From Lepidodermella squamata (Eukaryota; Animalia; Gastrotricha), in the NCBI GenBank assembly GCA_047495785.1, contig JBLDXI010000042.1, forward strand, positions 248,001 through 312,000: DNA of 64,000 nucleotides, written 5' to 3'. Both the position numbers and the translations under genes were made by a program. Positions within the stretch are counted from its first letter, which is position 1, and the number at the start of each line of letters is the position of its first letter. This document shows positions 35,106-49,623 of the stretch, piece after piece. The notes under the pieces were generated by a model. That model had not been told where the DNA came from. It made no database searches and was given only the letters and a program-made list of their open reading frames with translations.

Positions 35106-35889
35106 TATGCAAGAGTATGAAATGCGGATTATCTGAAACGCGCTCTTGATTTTATAGGGCAACCTCAAAATCCTACGTATTCATACCCTAACTGGTGTCG
35201 CATTACTGAATGCCGGCAAAGCTAATTAATGAGGATTAATTAACTTACTGTCCGGGGTTCTCCCGGGGTATCACAATCCGTTCTTTTGCATGTTTATCGC
35301 TGGAGGGTAATCAAGCTCAGGACTGAGAATGCTCAGAGAACATGCTACACCATCGTCTCGCGAGCGAATAATTGGCGCTCTCTTATCCTCAGATCGATGT
35401 CCCCAAATACTTGAGAGCAGCAAAATTAGTGATAGTCCATAAAGAAATTCCTTTTGGGAACATTATGACGTCATATTTTTATATCTCAAGAATTATCTTG
35501 GTTTCACCTCGGTGGAAGAGGGAAAAGGAGAAAGACCATAATACAAAGACCGCGGTAGCAGTCTATGAGGTATTAGGTCTCGTATTGGGCTTTGGCTATT
35601 AATCTGCTCAATTTTTTATCGGTCGAAATTTGCTGCTTTAGTCACGCTGTCAGAAATGATTAGCCTGACTTTAGCCTCAAAGGAAAAACTATCCTAATAA
35701 TTAGGAATTATGCCCACATCTTGCATTTTTCATTTCGCCGATTTAAGTATTCCCCTGATTTCGTTGAAAGTCATTTGATAAATTGACGGGAATCTAAATA
35801 AGGCTAGTATTAATTATCCAGTTCAAGGTTCGTGTTGTTGTTCGATTTTAAGAAATCACGCTCAAAAGGCCCGGACTTTGATTTCCGAT

Positions 35890-36960
35890 ATTAGGTTCAT
35901 GACGTAACGCTAATCGCAGCTCTTGCCCTCAATTCAGCAGATCAAATTTTGTCGAACAAAAGCATGTCGCTTAAAGACTTTAGATCCCACCATAAGGCTG
36001 TCATTTCAGCAATCAAACAAGCTTTTGGGAAAATTGATATTCTTGGGCTTCGAAATTCTAGGATAAGGTTCAATGAAAACGGATCTTCTTTCAACAGTAT
36101 GCTGGTTAACATAAACTACTGGACGCCTAACGAAGGGTTTCGCTAGATCATCGCGATTGACTCTCAGAAGTGTTCTATTAGAAAGTTGGGTCAACAAATT
36201 CCGTGGCTTACTAGTAACGGTAGCCCTCCGTACTAGATACTTCCTACGATCCCCTTGGAGGCTGAAATATCGGTTCAAGTCATCAACCTCATTGTCAGTT
36301 TACTTCAAATCGCAGGCCTCATCTTAACATGGAGATTCCGGTCTTGCAATGAAAATTTCAAATTAAATGTTGCGGAATTATCGGTTGTATAGTGTTGAAC
36401 ATAGCTTCTTGCCTTTGCTTAAGCTTTAATATGCCTACTGTGATCGCGGCGTCTTCGTAGTTGGTTTAGCCTTCGTCTCTTGGGCAAGTAGGGTAAGAAT
36501 CGTAATTGTTGGTATTGTCATTTCCTCGAATATCTACGGCCTAGGCTCTACGATGGTTTTCTTCTTGATTCGAAATGCGAAGCGAATTTGGAGGAGGAAA
36601 AAGAGTGGAATGAAAGCCAGTATTGACGTGCGTGGACATCCTTGCCTGGCGTATATTTCGCGAGGTTTTTCTAGTAGGCCGGGAAAGCTTCAAAATTTTG
36701 CCGTTTTTCATAATAACGCAAATTGCCTGGCTGGTCAAAGCTCCTTTCGATTGCTTCTCAAAGCGATACCGGTTATGCCCTGAGTTTAATGTTTAATCAC
36801 AATGTGTGCCTGATACTCATCGATCTGGCGATTTATTTCATCACTTTGTTCGCTTTATCATCTTAAAAGATCCGTTGATGCGGCTTGAAGTTGTAGCAAC
36901 TCTCGGCCTGGTTTTATCAATATTGTCGAGAGCAGCGTGGATTCTACCTACCTTGCCTCT
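35890..36960 (+). pseudogene. Highly degraded divergent class C GPCR relic
   Basis: LIAALALNSADQILSNKSMSLKDF..IDILGLRNSRIRF resembles QAILTLDGAEKILNMKNMSLKDY..IRFVGFRQGVIEY; many stops downstream. Confidence 0.55.
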
Positions 36961-37342
36961 GATTCGAGAAAGGATTTCAAATTGATCTTGGGTCAAGTTT
37001 TTGCAAAAAGGAATATGTGGACCGAATTCTTGGAATTCGTTGCAATATTCGGATTTTAATCATTCGAATCGTTTTTGCCCACGCATGAGCGAATACCATT
37101 TAAAACCCTTTATTCCTCGATTCAAAAATATCGATGAATGATGAATTTTCGCTCATAGCTATTCGTTCAGCTGTAACTGTGCGGCGAGTCATAAATTGAG
37201 GAATTAGGTAAGATTCGTAATATAACAATTGGGAACAGAATTTTACCTCTGCGTGGCACTATAATCAATAAAAATCACTGTATAAAACATGCTTATATGA
37301 TCATTGTTTACATATTTATTTTGATGAACATTTTCAATTACA

Positions 37343-39623
37343 TTTAACTATGAATGTGCGAACAAGTGGCGAACAACCATTACAGCTTTATCTGAAAATA
37401 GTACAAAAAACTGGTCAAACACGATATATTCATGCATGCGACTGATGCGACAATTTGCTGCGTCACATAAAAATTAGTTGACGCTACAACCATGAAAGTC
37501 GCCCCGATGACTAAGGGCAGGTTAATGAGCGACGCCGTGCGATAGCGTTTGATTTCCGGGTCTTTGACTTTAGCAATGGCTATGGATAAGAGAACTGCCG
37601 CGCCTGCAGGAATTAGGTCGACCGCCGCTAACGTCATCATGAACTTCAAATCATCAACATCACTTGCCTCGCATATTTCGACGAAGATATGGCGTAAAAT
37701 GTCACGTTCAGCCACGTACTCGTTAATGACGTTTTTGATACGTGATTTCATTACATTGCTGATGAGCCACGAAGCTAATGATGACAGGCTAATAATTAGG
37801 ACAAGGATGGGCGCAACAATAGCAAGGAGGATTTGCAACCTATTAGAGCCGCTCATCATCAACCGTTTTAATTCAGCTGGAAACCTACTTAGGGATTACT
37901 GCGTTGTTCTCATAATTGCAGAGCAAAAATGTGACGCGTCGCCTTGAAGTTACGAAAAAAGCCAATTTTCGATAAAGAATCAAATGAACGACGGTTGCTC
38001 CGATAGCAAGGAAAATAGACAAGGAAAATAGCAAGGAAAATTACAAACCACTGCAGAGTGAAAATTTAGGGCGAACAGGATTGAAGCTGCATTGAGCAAC
38101 AAGCAAGCTATAGTGAAGATTATCCTATCAACTTTCAACTTCGAGAACAAAGCCAGCAGTTGAGCGATGGTTGCTACCCCACTGAAAACGCATGCAAACA
38201 TGAGAAATGCATCTGGGACGTGAATTAGGTCGATTTCCTCGCCTGGCCAATCAGCTGGGGGCTGCTTAGTCTCTGTGTACCAGACGTGAGGCTCGATACT
38301 GCGAATAGCGTAACTCGAGATATCGTTCACGTTTGTGTTATTCGGTGGTAGAGTGATTTCGTAATTTATCCGTGCTCTATTCTCCTCTGGTATCCACTGG
38401 AAGATGTACTGAGGTTCCGAGTCTTGTTCAAGCCTAGGCGAATACTCGATTACGCCCTGCCTAAAGCCAACGAACCTACTAGAGGCAGCACTTTTATTCG
38501 CAGCGTCCATTACTATCTTAGGATAGTTGTCGTAATCTTTGAGAGATAGATTCTTCATCTTAAGAAGCTTCTCAGCTCCGTCCAGCGTTAGAATAGCCTG
38601 AAAGTACTGATCATGGCACAGGTATCGCCTTCCGTAGCCGGACATGTTCCTCGCATCGGGGACAGCTTTTTCAAGCATTTCGTCAAACTGCTTGGTGTCA
38701 TAGCCTAGACTGGTTTTCCCGGTATTTTCAACCCCAAAGCTGGACCATATTGATCCGATCGAAATAGTAGATTTATACTGTTGCAGCACAATGGCCTTGG
38801 TGCAACCCGGGGCGATAACGTCGGATTGTTTACTTACATTTCCATAGCTGAGCGCAGCCAAAATGAAAACATACCGAGGTCCAGTCAAACCGTACCTAAA
38901 ACATCTGCATAGAAACAGCATAGAACCCACGAAATCGGAAATCTCGTATACTATCACTCTTGCACCAGAACGTTTCAATCCGAACAAAAAGTCGCCGCTC
39001 AGGTCAAAAGTAGCATCATAATGCACAACTTCGATGCCATTCGTGACGGCCAGATCGTAGAAGTAGGATGCAACGTAAAAGTTGAGAATTGTAGAGCCGG
39101 CATTTGCTAATATCGCAATTTTTCGCCACCCACCAAGGTTTTTGATGAAATTAAGCCTAGGCAGGGCTAGCGCCTCTCCGGATAAACGGGTGCGATAGAA
39201 ATTCGGATACATTGCCCGGTTTGCGGTGAACGAGGGGGATAGACAAACGGGTGAAACGGCTACCAGATTTGTGTGGTGAAGAATTTGGGCCAGAGGTTTG
39301 CATCCAGCAGTGTAGCCTCCTGCGAAAACAACGGGCGACTTTACTGAGTTGTTAGCTGGCGGTTTCCTGTAGAACTCTATCACCCGCCGGGTTAGCAGAA
39401 AACTTCCTGGTCCTTCATCCTGGTTAAAGGCGACCAACTCATAACCTGGCAAGATGTCATTCCGTTTGTTGACTGTTTCGATCAGTAGATTTTGAACATG
39501 TGGACAAATGTCCCCGGCAGTATCGATAACTTGAATTGGCGTGGTGCCAAAAAACATCTCCAATTTGGTAGTTTCACCTTGTACTGAGTATACCAGGAAT
39601 AATGTAAAAAATGTTGATTTCAT
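37343..39623 (-). pseudogene. GABA-B-like class C GPCR copy 4, frameshifted
   Basis: Intact ectodomain, then a local triplication of caaggaaaa at ~38007-38040 and further indels disrupting the 7TM region. Confidence 0.82.
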
Positions 39624-40315
39624 TGTGGGAGTATAGATTGCTGAAAATCGCAAAAGAAATGTCGAGTTAATTGAGCACACGCTATGAACATTTACAGGAT
39701 TTACAGACGAAAGAGGGCGTCGAGTAACTGCACAGCGAGATACCTAATTACTTACCCCGATGCGTAGATTTGCAGTAAGAATTTCTGTAGATCCTGACTT
39801 TACGTCAGGTACCAGCATGCCGCCTAAATTAGGTGTATACATTTTTGCAATCATGGGTGTTAATTATATTCAGAAAACGTACATCATCACGTACTACGTG
39901 AATATAGAATGGCCAATGCCCGAACGAGGACCTGAAATAAATGACAGCAGCCAACTAACCGTTCTCTATGATTGGTACTATATTATATGGTTTTAGTTAT
40001 AGAATTGATCTCTTCCATTTTTTCCAATCGATCGACAACAGCAACAACTTCGACAAAATTATTCAAAAATTCGCCAAAAATAGGAAAATCACCCGAACTG
40101 GCTGAACAAGGTTTGCTGGCATATTGAAATGACGGGCTATCGAATGACACCAAGCTCGAGGACGTGGGCCTTACAGTTGCTTAGATGCTGTTCAACAGAG
40201 GTGTTTTACTATCTCGAAAAGGTAAAGGCGGGTTTGGAATTTTTTATTGTTGCCTTCGGCAAATTCATTTTTTTCGGCACCACTCATCCAGTCGGGAAAA
40301 AGTAGACCTTGTCTT

Positions 40316-40458
40316 CAGTGAGCGAACCTCGAACCTCGATTCTCGAACTCGGGCCCTAATTTTATGACCAAAGGGTCCCACCTGTGGTTTTTTGGTGGTT
40401 TTTCCACTTCGGCACGATACACCTCATCCCCCCCCCCCCCCCCGTACTTCGCGCCCTG
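40316..40458. mobile_element. Small hAT-type MITE (family A), older copy
   Basis: cagtgagcgaa..gtacttcgcgccctg; degenerate TSD cttgtctt/cttggcta; internal similarity to 49097-49255. Confidence 0.65.
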
Positions 40459-43400
40459 CTTGGCTAGACCTACTCGGCTTATTTTAAGTAGGCCCCAATC
40501 CTGTACGTAGTGTGGTACCAACTGTGGTACGTAGATCTAGCGGTACGGGATCAACAATTAAGCCACATGTCAGAATCGCTAGGCTTCAAATATTCAAATA
40601 GCTACTCAGCATTTAACATTTATTTATTAAAATGTATTAAATTTATTAAATATTAAATTAAATTTATTAAAAACTATGCGAAACAATTTGAAAATGGTTA
40701 TTGTCAGTCCAAAATCCTGAGTTATAATTTCTTCCTAATTAAATAGCAATTATTGATAATAAAAAAATATTATGCAGAGAGTGAGAGATCAGCTATTAGC
40801 TACTTAAACTATTAGGGTAAGGTTACCTAAATATGCATACAAAATTTCCTTTTTTTTCATTCCTTCAACGCTTGTCATTCCATAAGCATGAGGTTCTCCG
40901 GGCTCATATTGTGACCATAGACAGTCAGAACCCATTTCAGTAAGCTCAAAAAATCTCATGAGCCATTCCTCACCGTTAGGAAGTCATCGATGCTGAAAGT
41001 CAAAAAAGGCAAAAATTTGAAATCGCTCGAGGGTGCCATCAATCTGCATAAAAGCTTCACTTCTGTCCCAAAAATTGAGCGAGTATTCAGTTTAGGTTCA
41101 GAAGTGAAGCTTTTATGCAGATCAGGAAAAAATCACTCTGGGCGAGTTGTTATCTTAAAATATATGGAGGTATTCTGACATCTGATGAATCAACAAGGGA
41201 CTCAACAAACATTTTGCCCACGCCCCACCATCCGGAAAAATTGTCAAAAAAGAAATGTTGTGTATTTCTCTAGATTGATGTCTTTCAAACTACGGGTGGT
41301 GCAATACTCACGGAAGGTGTAACACACAACTATGTTTTCCGTTAAATTGTGAAGCATTTTTAGGCTTATTCTGAGGCAAAAATGAAATAAAAGCGTTAGC
41401 TAAAGCTCGCTTCGGTCGCGAGTGGTTCATCGTTGAACCACTCGTTATGTTTCTTTCTCTATGGTTACAGCTTACAGTGGGGTCGCTAATATTTGTGGGA
41501 TCGCGGAAGGCTTGGAATAGGGCCGCAGAAGGTTAAAAGTCGGAGGAAAAATGTATCACTTCCAAAATTTATGGACAAGCCTGCCATTACACTATTTACA
41601 CTATTTTCAGCTCGAATTTTGAGAAATACCGCTATAGCTAAAGCTCGCTTCGCTCGCGTTGTTAAGTTATTTAGTATTTGGCTGGTTGATGACTAGATGA
41701 ATGTTGAATGTTGAATGTCATAGTTTTAGGAGGTTTTGAAGTATTTTTTCAAGATCTCGCTTCGCTCGCGTTTTGGTTCTAAGTAATTCTCACCAATACA
41801 GCAAACAAGTATTTTTCCATCACTGATAGCTCCAGGATCCTTGAGCGCATGAAAATATAAGCCGGTACTCACTCATGCGGGATTTGTTCAAATTCATTCG
41901 ATTTAGCATTAACTTTGCGTACGGGCAGTATTTGAATCGACCCGAGCTCGGACAGGCAAAACACTGCTTTCAAGTCAGGGTAGGGCATGCCATAATGCGA
42001 ACGGGTGCGTTTCAGACTCGGGCCCCAACATAGCCTTGTTTCGAGGAAGTTGATTGGTAAATACATGTTGATCATGAATGACCATATTGACCTCGCGCAC
42101 TCAAAATGCTCTACTATAATATGAGTTCAATGGGTTCGCTAATGCTACTTGTCTGTGATGTTCTATCAAGGGATGGGACATCACGAATAAATCACGACTC
42201 AGTACGTGAGGGTGTAAGTATCTTTCTGAAAATTCGTCACGCGTCGCTCAATTAGCCACCATGATTGCATAAAAACATAATTTTGGGTGGATTTAGGTAA
42301 CCTGGCATGATGTCTAAATCAGAAAAACAGACAAGTTGTATATTTAGACTTCGCGGTATTCAGTCACACGACAACCTCGTGCGTCTACACGCTTGCTACA
42401 TAATAACGAACTTCCTGCATATAAAAAGGGCAAACAAGTTTTTAAATCTCAGCATTTTATACTTTATCAAATAATGAAACCAACGTTTCCTCAATTCGCG
42501 ACATTTCTCGCTGTTTCCATGTTTTCAGTTTATGGGAAAAACACCAATTTGGAGATGTTTTTTGGCACCACCGTAATTCAAGTTCTCGATGCTCCTGGTG
42601 ACATTTGTCCACATGTTCAAAAGCTGATGATCGACATGGTCAACAAGCGGGACGACATCTTGCCCGGCTACGAGTTGGTCGCCTTCAACCAGGATGAAGG
42701 ACCAGGCAGTGTTCTGCTAGCCAAGCGTGTCATAGAATTCTACAGGAGACCGCCGGCTAACAATTCAGTAAAGTCGCCCGTTGTTTTCGCTGGAGGCTAC
42801 ACTGCGGGATGCAAATCTCTGGCCCAAATTCTTCACCACACCAATCTGGTCGCCATTTCCCCAGTTTGCCTGTCTCCCTTGTTCACTGCCAATCGAGTAT
42901 TGTATCCGAATTTCTATCGCATCCGTCCGTCTGGAGAGGCATTAGCACTGCCGAGACTGAATTTCATCAAAAAGCTCGGCAGGTGGCGTAAGATTGCGAT
43001 CCTTGCCAATGCCGCCACCTCGATTCTCAACTTTCACGTTGCTACCTACTTTTACGGTTTGGCCATCAAAAATAGCTTAGAAGTTGTTCGTTACGATGCT
43101 GCTTTCGACTTGAACGACGACTTGCTATACGGATTGAAAATTTCAGGTGCTAGAGTGATTGTATATGAAATTTCCGATGTCCCAAACGCCATGCTGTTTC
43201 TATGCAAATGCTTCAGTTACGGTTTGACTGGACAGCGGTACGTTTTCATCATGGCAAGCAACAGCTATGGGGATCTAAGTCTAAGACCCGACATTCTCGC
43301 CCCTGGGTGTACCAAGGCCATTATCATAGAACAGTATAAGTTCACGGTTTTCATCGGATCGGTATGGTCAAGCTTTGGGATCGAAAACACCGGGAAAACC

Positions 43401-44362
43401 AGTCTAGGCTACGACACAAAGCAGTTTGACGAACTGCTTGATGAGGCAGTTCCCAACGCGAGGAACATGTCCGGTTACGGAAAGCGTTACCTCTGCCACG
43501 ATCAGTACCTTCAAGCCATACTAACACTGGACGGGACTGAGAAGATTCTTAACATGAAGAACTTAACTCTTAAAGATTACGACAACAATCCTAAGATATT
43601 AATGGACGCTGCGAATAAAAGTGCTGCCTCTATTAGGTTCGTTGGCTTTAGGCAGGGCGTAATCGAGTATTCGCCCAGGCTTGAACAAGACTCGGAGCCT
43701 CAATACACCTTTCAGTGGATACCAGAGGAGAATACGGCACGGATAAACTATGAAATCGCTCTACTTCCCAATAAAACAAACGTGAGCGATATCTCGAGTT
43801 ACGCTATTCGCAGTATTGAGCCTCACGTCTGGTACACGGAGACTAAGCTACCCCCAGCTGATTCGCCAGGCGAAGAAACTGAGGCACTCCATGTGCCAGA
43901 TGCTTTTCTCATCTTTGCATGCGTCTTCAGTGGAATAGCAAGCCTCGCCCAACTGCTGGCTTTGTTCTCGAATTTGAAAATCGATAGGATCATCTTCACT
44001 ATAGCTTGCATGTTGCTCAACGCAGCTTCAATCCTGTTCGCCCTAAATGTTCATTCTGCAGCGGTTTGTAATGCGAGGTACATTTTCCTTGTTATCGGAG
44101 CAACCGTCGTTCATTTGCTTATTTATCGAAAGTTGGCTTTGTTCGTGACTTCAAAGCGACGCGCAACTATTTTGTCCTATAATTTGAAAATGAATGTATT
44201 TCCTAGATTGCCGTCTGATGCATCAAAACGGCATCTGAAGAAGAGAGGCTCTTCGCGATTGCAATTACTGTTCGCTAATGTTGCTCCTATCCTTGTCCTT
44301 ATCGTTACTTTATCATTATTAGCTGTGTGGCTGCTCCTAAATCCAATGGAATCACATATTAA

Positions 44363-44540
44363 TGAAAAACGGCATGAAAAAAAACATATAAAAATATCCT
44401 GTTTTATATATAATTATAACATATGTGATGAAATATTGTTATGGCTTTTATATTTTTATGAAAGCACAGTGCGGGCATGAGTTAACGCGCCGCGAGTGCC
44501 GAGAGGCAAAGGTTGTAAAATAAAATCTTTTTCATGCCAA
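44363..44540. mobile_element. Short palindromic insertion in GPCR copy 5
   Basis: ggcatgaaaaa / tttttcatgcc inverted ends; removal restores SHIKVVFSEFVAQRD. Confidence 0.7.
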
Positions 44541-44766
44541 GGTCGTCTTCAGTGAGTTCGTCGCCCAGCGTGACATTTTACGACATGTTTATGTTGAAAT
44601 ATGCGAAGCTAGTGATGGCGGGGACTTGAAATTCATGATGACGTTAGCGACGGTCGACCTGATTCCTGCGGGCGCAGCTGTTCTCTTATCCATAGCCATT
44701 GCTAAGGTCGAAGAGTCCGAAATGAAGCGTTATCGCTTGGCCTCGCTTATCAACTTGCCCTTAGTC

Positions 44767-45556
44767 CAGCGGTTCTCATGAGGGGGTTTGCGACCCAAAA
44801 TTGGGTCGCAGAGGCTTTTCTGATGGGTCGCTAGGTGGACCGCGGGTCGCATGGGTCGAAAGGCAAAAACATGTAAAAAACTAAATAAATGATGAGATGA
44901 AATAAATAAATGAGATAAAAGTGGAAAAATTACTTATTATCGAATTTTCCAGTGCTATAGAACATGCTTTTTCAACACTTTTAGCTCTGAAACTTAACTT
45001 TAGCCTACTTTTTAGTCAATTTTAACAGGTTTTGGAGCGTTTTTTAATGAAAAATCTTCAAAATGTCTTCGCTTCGCTCGTTTATTGGTTGAAATCAGAG
45101 CGTTGACAGAGTGGGGGGTGGGGGATCGGGAATAAAACACCCCCAAAGAATTCCTGAAAGTGGTTTCCAACTACAATTTTCCTATGAATCCTCCATATTC
45201 CACTGCATTTTAAGCCCATTTTCGGGTTAAAAATGCCAAAAAAGCGTCAGCTAAAGCTCGCTTCGCTCGCGAGCCCGAGGGTGAAAACTATCACCCCCAA
45301 AAAAATATCCTGGCTACGCCACTGGTTGAAATCACTAGTCATTTTGGGTAATATATAGCACACAATTTTTTTCAGCCTCGACGGCTGCAGGATCCATGTT
45401 CCAAGCGTTTCCAAAATTGATGCCTAAAAATAGTATAAAAAAGAAGAAAAATAAAGAATGTACCCCCCAAAATTGAAAATTATAAGCGCCAGGGTCGCAC
45501 AATTTTCTTGAAAACCACTTTTAGGGTCGGGAACTGCCCAGTCGTGAGAACCACTG
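44767..45556. mobile_element. hAT-type MITE inserted in GPCR copy 5
   Basis: TIRs cagcggttctca / tgagaaccactg; perfect 8-bp TSD ccttagtc. Confidence 0.9.
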
Positions 45557-46998
45557 CCTTAGTCATCGGGGCGATTTTCATCATTATTGTGTCAACTAAT
45601 TACCATATAACCCAGCAACTCGTAGCATCACTCACGTGTTTGATCATTTCGAGTCTGACCAGTGTTTTTGTACTATTATCAGATAATGCTGTTGTGGTTT
45701 TTCGTCAATCAATTGCATTTATGAAGTAAGATCTTATTAAAAAATGTTATCAAAATAAATCTGCGTTATGCGCCTAGCAGGGAATTCGCACATCCAGTGT
45801 TACGGGCGAAAAACAGCGCGTTATTTTTAATTTTTAAATAGGGTAAGCTATGTACGAATATAGACTTCAATTATAGTCCAATGTAGAGTAGCGCAATAAG
45901 CGCGTGAAAGATAATACAAGCGCACCAATGAGCGCACGCGGTCAGTTTAGGTACGGATATTGACTATCCGAACTTCGGATAGCCGAGAAGCTCATCTTGG
46001 TGCGGATGGCTCCGGTCCGATCCGAACTCATCCGAACCGTACTTTCTACACGTGAGTAGAGCACAGATCTCTTGATTTCCGCGTTTCTAGCATGTGAAAA
46101 TGTTATTTGTGTGTAGCCTAAGGAATTCGATTGCGTTCTCTCATCGAATGGATACTCGCTTTTAAGGCCTCTCATTTTCGCTTCGACTCAATGCGTGGTT
46201 TCGCCACAGCGCGGGTTAGTACATAGTCCAAATGCTTCTCATTACAATCCTTACAGATGTTTCAATCGGACAATTATCGAGAAATAACAATTTCATGGCT
46301 TAAAGACTATTTCCATTCTGGCATCTTTCACAGGTAAACTTTAGAGTTAAGATAACTAGCTCAGATAACTAGAAACCTTCTTTTTATATTGTTCTACTCC
46401 TCGTTCATATCTTGAAACCGGCATCTAAAAAAAGATCTCGCCTAACCCAAACTTTCAACTTGATGAGGGTTATTCAGCTAAAGGGTCGTTGACATCTTTG
46501 TATAGAACACCGAACAGCAAACAAAAAGCAAAAGCTTCCTTCTACCACCACCATGGAACACTTTTATTTGGAACAAATATATACAAGCTAATATTGAATA
46601 TTGACGATAAGCATAGGTATAAGCGATTATAGCACAAAGTTATTTGTTATTTCAAAATGCAAGTATGGAACAAAATGAATTGAACACTAACCCCAGCCAG
46701 CATAGACATAATTGCTATCAACATCTGTGGCGTTCACTCGGCATATCGGAAAGTCTTTCGGATGGGTTATTGCCGTATGTATCAAGGCCCAGTACGACAG
46801 TTTGCTGACATTTTTGATACTCCGCCATGGGTAGCTCAAGCAAAGTTCCTGCGAGTCCTTGAAGTAGCTACTGCATACTATGATAAAATGGTCAAGGACG
46901 ATTGATGGACGTCGAAGTAACACTTACCACGTTTAACATTTTCAGGCAACGCTTCTATGACGATATAATTAAATTTAAAATGAACGATAGGTATAGGT

Positions 46999-47519
46999 CA
47001 TAGAGAAAAAAGTGACCAGAGTTAGCACTCAAGCTAAAATGTTGATCTGCATTATTAAATCGAGTGCTTCTCAAAACGTACCGTAAATTGGGGCAAAACG
47101 GGCGCGGGAAAAAAATGACCCCCTGTTTTTTTCACATTTTTACACGTTTCAGAGGGCCCTGATTCCGATTTTATATGAAGCTCATTTTGCCCCAAATGAC
47201 GGTATATCTCCGTTTTTCACCAAATTTTGCATGCATATGGAACGCGAGCTGCTCTTTCACGTGGTATAAAATTTGAGGTGGGCAATTGCTGCTCAGTCTT
47301 GATCTCATCAAAATAAATGAAACCATAGTGTTGTATCGTAACAATGGTTTGGTTGCCAAACTCAAATATTATACCACGTGAAAGAGCAGCTCGCGTTCTA
47401 TATGAAAAATTTGGTGAAAAAACTGAGACATCCGTTTTGAGAAATTCAACTTTGCATAAAAATATGGAGATTCTGAAATTTTAGCTTGAGTGCTTACTCC
47501 GGTCATTTTTTTCTCTATG
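46999..47519. mobile_element. MITE with CATAGAG termini and 8-bp TSD (P-element-like)
   Basis: ~40-bp TIRs catagagaaaaaa.tgacc.gagt.agcactcaagctaaaat; perfect TSD gtataggt. Confidence 0.8.
47081..47202. mobile_element. Nested Tc1/pogo-like MITE with TA TSD
   Basis: ta|ccgtaaattggggcaaaa ... ttttgccccaaatgacgg|ta (16/18 TIR match). Confidence 0.6.
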
Positions 47520-48920
47520 GTATAGGTATTGAAATATTAGCACTTACTTGTCACAGTTGCAGGATTAGCTACTAAGACGGGACACAAACTGGGCCCCTTC
47601 GCAGGAGAAGCTGTGAAGTAATAATTCAGTTTAGAAATTTAGGCCTTGAGATCTCACTTTAGGAAACCCATAAATTCACGGGCTTCATCATCTTTGTTGG
47701 AAATCGATGCTGTCTCTTTGAACAAAATACGCTGACAGCATGATTTGCAAGGATAGGTGAGAGAACCTGTGTTTTTAAGCCACTTGGCGCCCCAAGCTTC
47801 GTAAAAAAATTATCAATGTTGGGTTCTAAAACGGCAGATACTGCGGAAAAATCTTATGATTTGTAAAATCGATACTTGGAATCGATATCAGCTCTGCAGG
47901 TTGAAGCGTAAATCATGAACTGACCGCTAATAGCCCAAAATGCGCGTAATATGAAGACTTCTCGGTTATGCATGATAACAAAAAAAAACAAAAAAATTGA
48001 GATTCCAGAGAAGACAATAAATTATAAAAAAAAATATATTTAAGGGAAATCTAGTGCTGGAGTCTTAAATTTTGTACTGGAACCTTAAATTTGAGAGCTG
48101 AGAGCCCGTGCAGAAGTTATTTTCAGAGTTCAGGTGTTCGCGTAAAACTTTGTTGCATCAACTTCTTCTCGCGCGAAAACCCCACAGTCAACCGATAGAG
48201 AATTGTCTGAATTATGTTATGGTATTAAAACCGACGCGATATTTAAAAGGAATTGTTTTACGCAAATTTACGCGAAAGACCCCCGAATTGCGCTAGTGGT
48301 CCTGGCCCAAAAAGAACCCGAAATACTACAGCTGAGACCGTTTTTTCAGATAAATTTGGGGCTGAAAATACCGACACGTACCCTTGAGGATCCTACTTTA
48401 TCCACTGCTAATCTGTAAAATTGTCTACGGGTAAATAACACTTACTTGTAGTCGATTTGATGCTACCAGTAGCTAAGATGGAACAATTCAAGTTATGAAA
48501 GGTTAGAAGGCATTTTTATAATGGTTACATGTTGGCTGAGATGAGGCGAGCTTTTTCGTTACCTCAATTTGCGATTTACCGTTCACAAGAGCGAGGCAGG
48601 ATAGTACTGCGATCGAGGAAATAACGTTCGTATACATCGTGTCAAGTCTGCAAGTGGATATTGAAATGATAATCGCTCAATGAGCTGGGAGCTGGTCACG
48701 CTATAAGCCCTGTGAGGCTGATATCAGCTGGCTCGATATCAAACGGAGGCGATGTGTTTTTCGCGTGATCATCGAAACGCTCCGGCACTAAATAAATAAA
48801 CAACTTCGACAAAGCCATGACGCATAGCGGCAAAGACAATGTCGAAAGGGGAGAATGGAGTCGAAATAGATATAATGATATCCATCTTAAAGCTGAAGAA
48901 AGGCTCAAGATCCTCTAAAC

Positions 48921-49528
48921 CAGTGACTTTGATTAGATATCTTTAGTGAATCAAAGGCCTTTGTAAATAAACATGTCTTGTCAAATAAATTCCGCAACAA
49001 ATCAATGGTAAATCAATCAAGTAAAATCATCAGGCCAGTTTAAATCATATCAAATAAAATCTTTCGCCCAACATTGCAAATTTCTGGAGATTCTTCCAGT
49101 GCGCGGAGTAGGATCCTCGAGCTAGGGGGTATTTTCGGGCCCAAATTTTATGACCGAAGCGTCCCCCCCCCTGTGGTTTTTTGGGGAATTTTCCACTTTG
49201 GCCTTGTGAACTGGGGGGTACGATACCCCTCATTCCCCCCGTACTTCGCGCACTGGATTCTTCCAATTGTATGGTTGGGTTCTATCTAGTCTAAAAGGGG
49301 AGGAATAGCTCCAGGCTTTGAAAACAGGTGTTCTCAAGGCAACTGTGGGTTCTCGTATTTAGTAACAGGGAATTCCGAGAGTTCTGATTTCTCTAAATCA
49401 GCAGTACATCATGTGGGCCAAATCAAAATCAAAATCAAAATCAAATCAAATCAAATCATCCTGCAATTTTGAAATAAAAAAATCAGTAAATCAAATAAAA
49501 AAATAGCCTAAATCAAATCAAAGTATCT
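48921..49528. mobile_element. hAT-like MITE with (AAATC)n subterminal repeats (family B), degraded
   Basis: Starts cagtgactttgatt; colinear with 54498-54979; carries a nested family A element. Confidence 0.7.
49097..49255. mobile_element. Small hAT-type MITE (family A) nested in family B
   Basis: cagtgcgcggagta / tacttcgcgcactg; perfect TSD gattcttc; empty site visible in the family B copy at ~54686. Confidence 0.88.
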
Positions 49529-49623
49529 TCTCTAATGGCGTAAAATATATTTCACACATTTATTCGGCCGCATCTCAGAAGACTTCATCACATAATTAGT
49601 TCAAACATAGGTAAAGCCAATAG

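Larger units (their letters stand above)
42474..45729 (+). pseudogene. GABA-B-like class C GPCR copy 5, disrupted by two insertions
   Basis: Coding homology resumes after each insertion (44541-44766 and 45565-45729). Confidence 0.85.

Noticed and set aside
41390-41780. Recurrent ctcgcttcgctcgcg motif (also ~3860, ~4105, ~45070, ~45260) as a regulatory system
   Set aside because: Occurs within or near MITE-like repeats; no defined ends or gene association here.
46687-48910. Spliced minus-strand gene suggested by several gtaagt donors and short ORFs
   Set aside because: Could not assemble a stop-free model or recognise any domain; at most a decayed gene.
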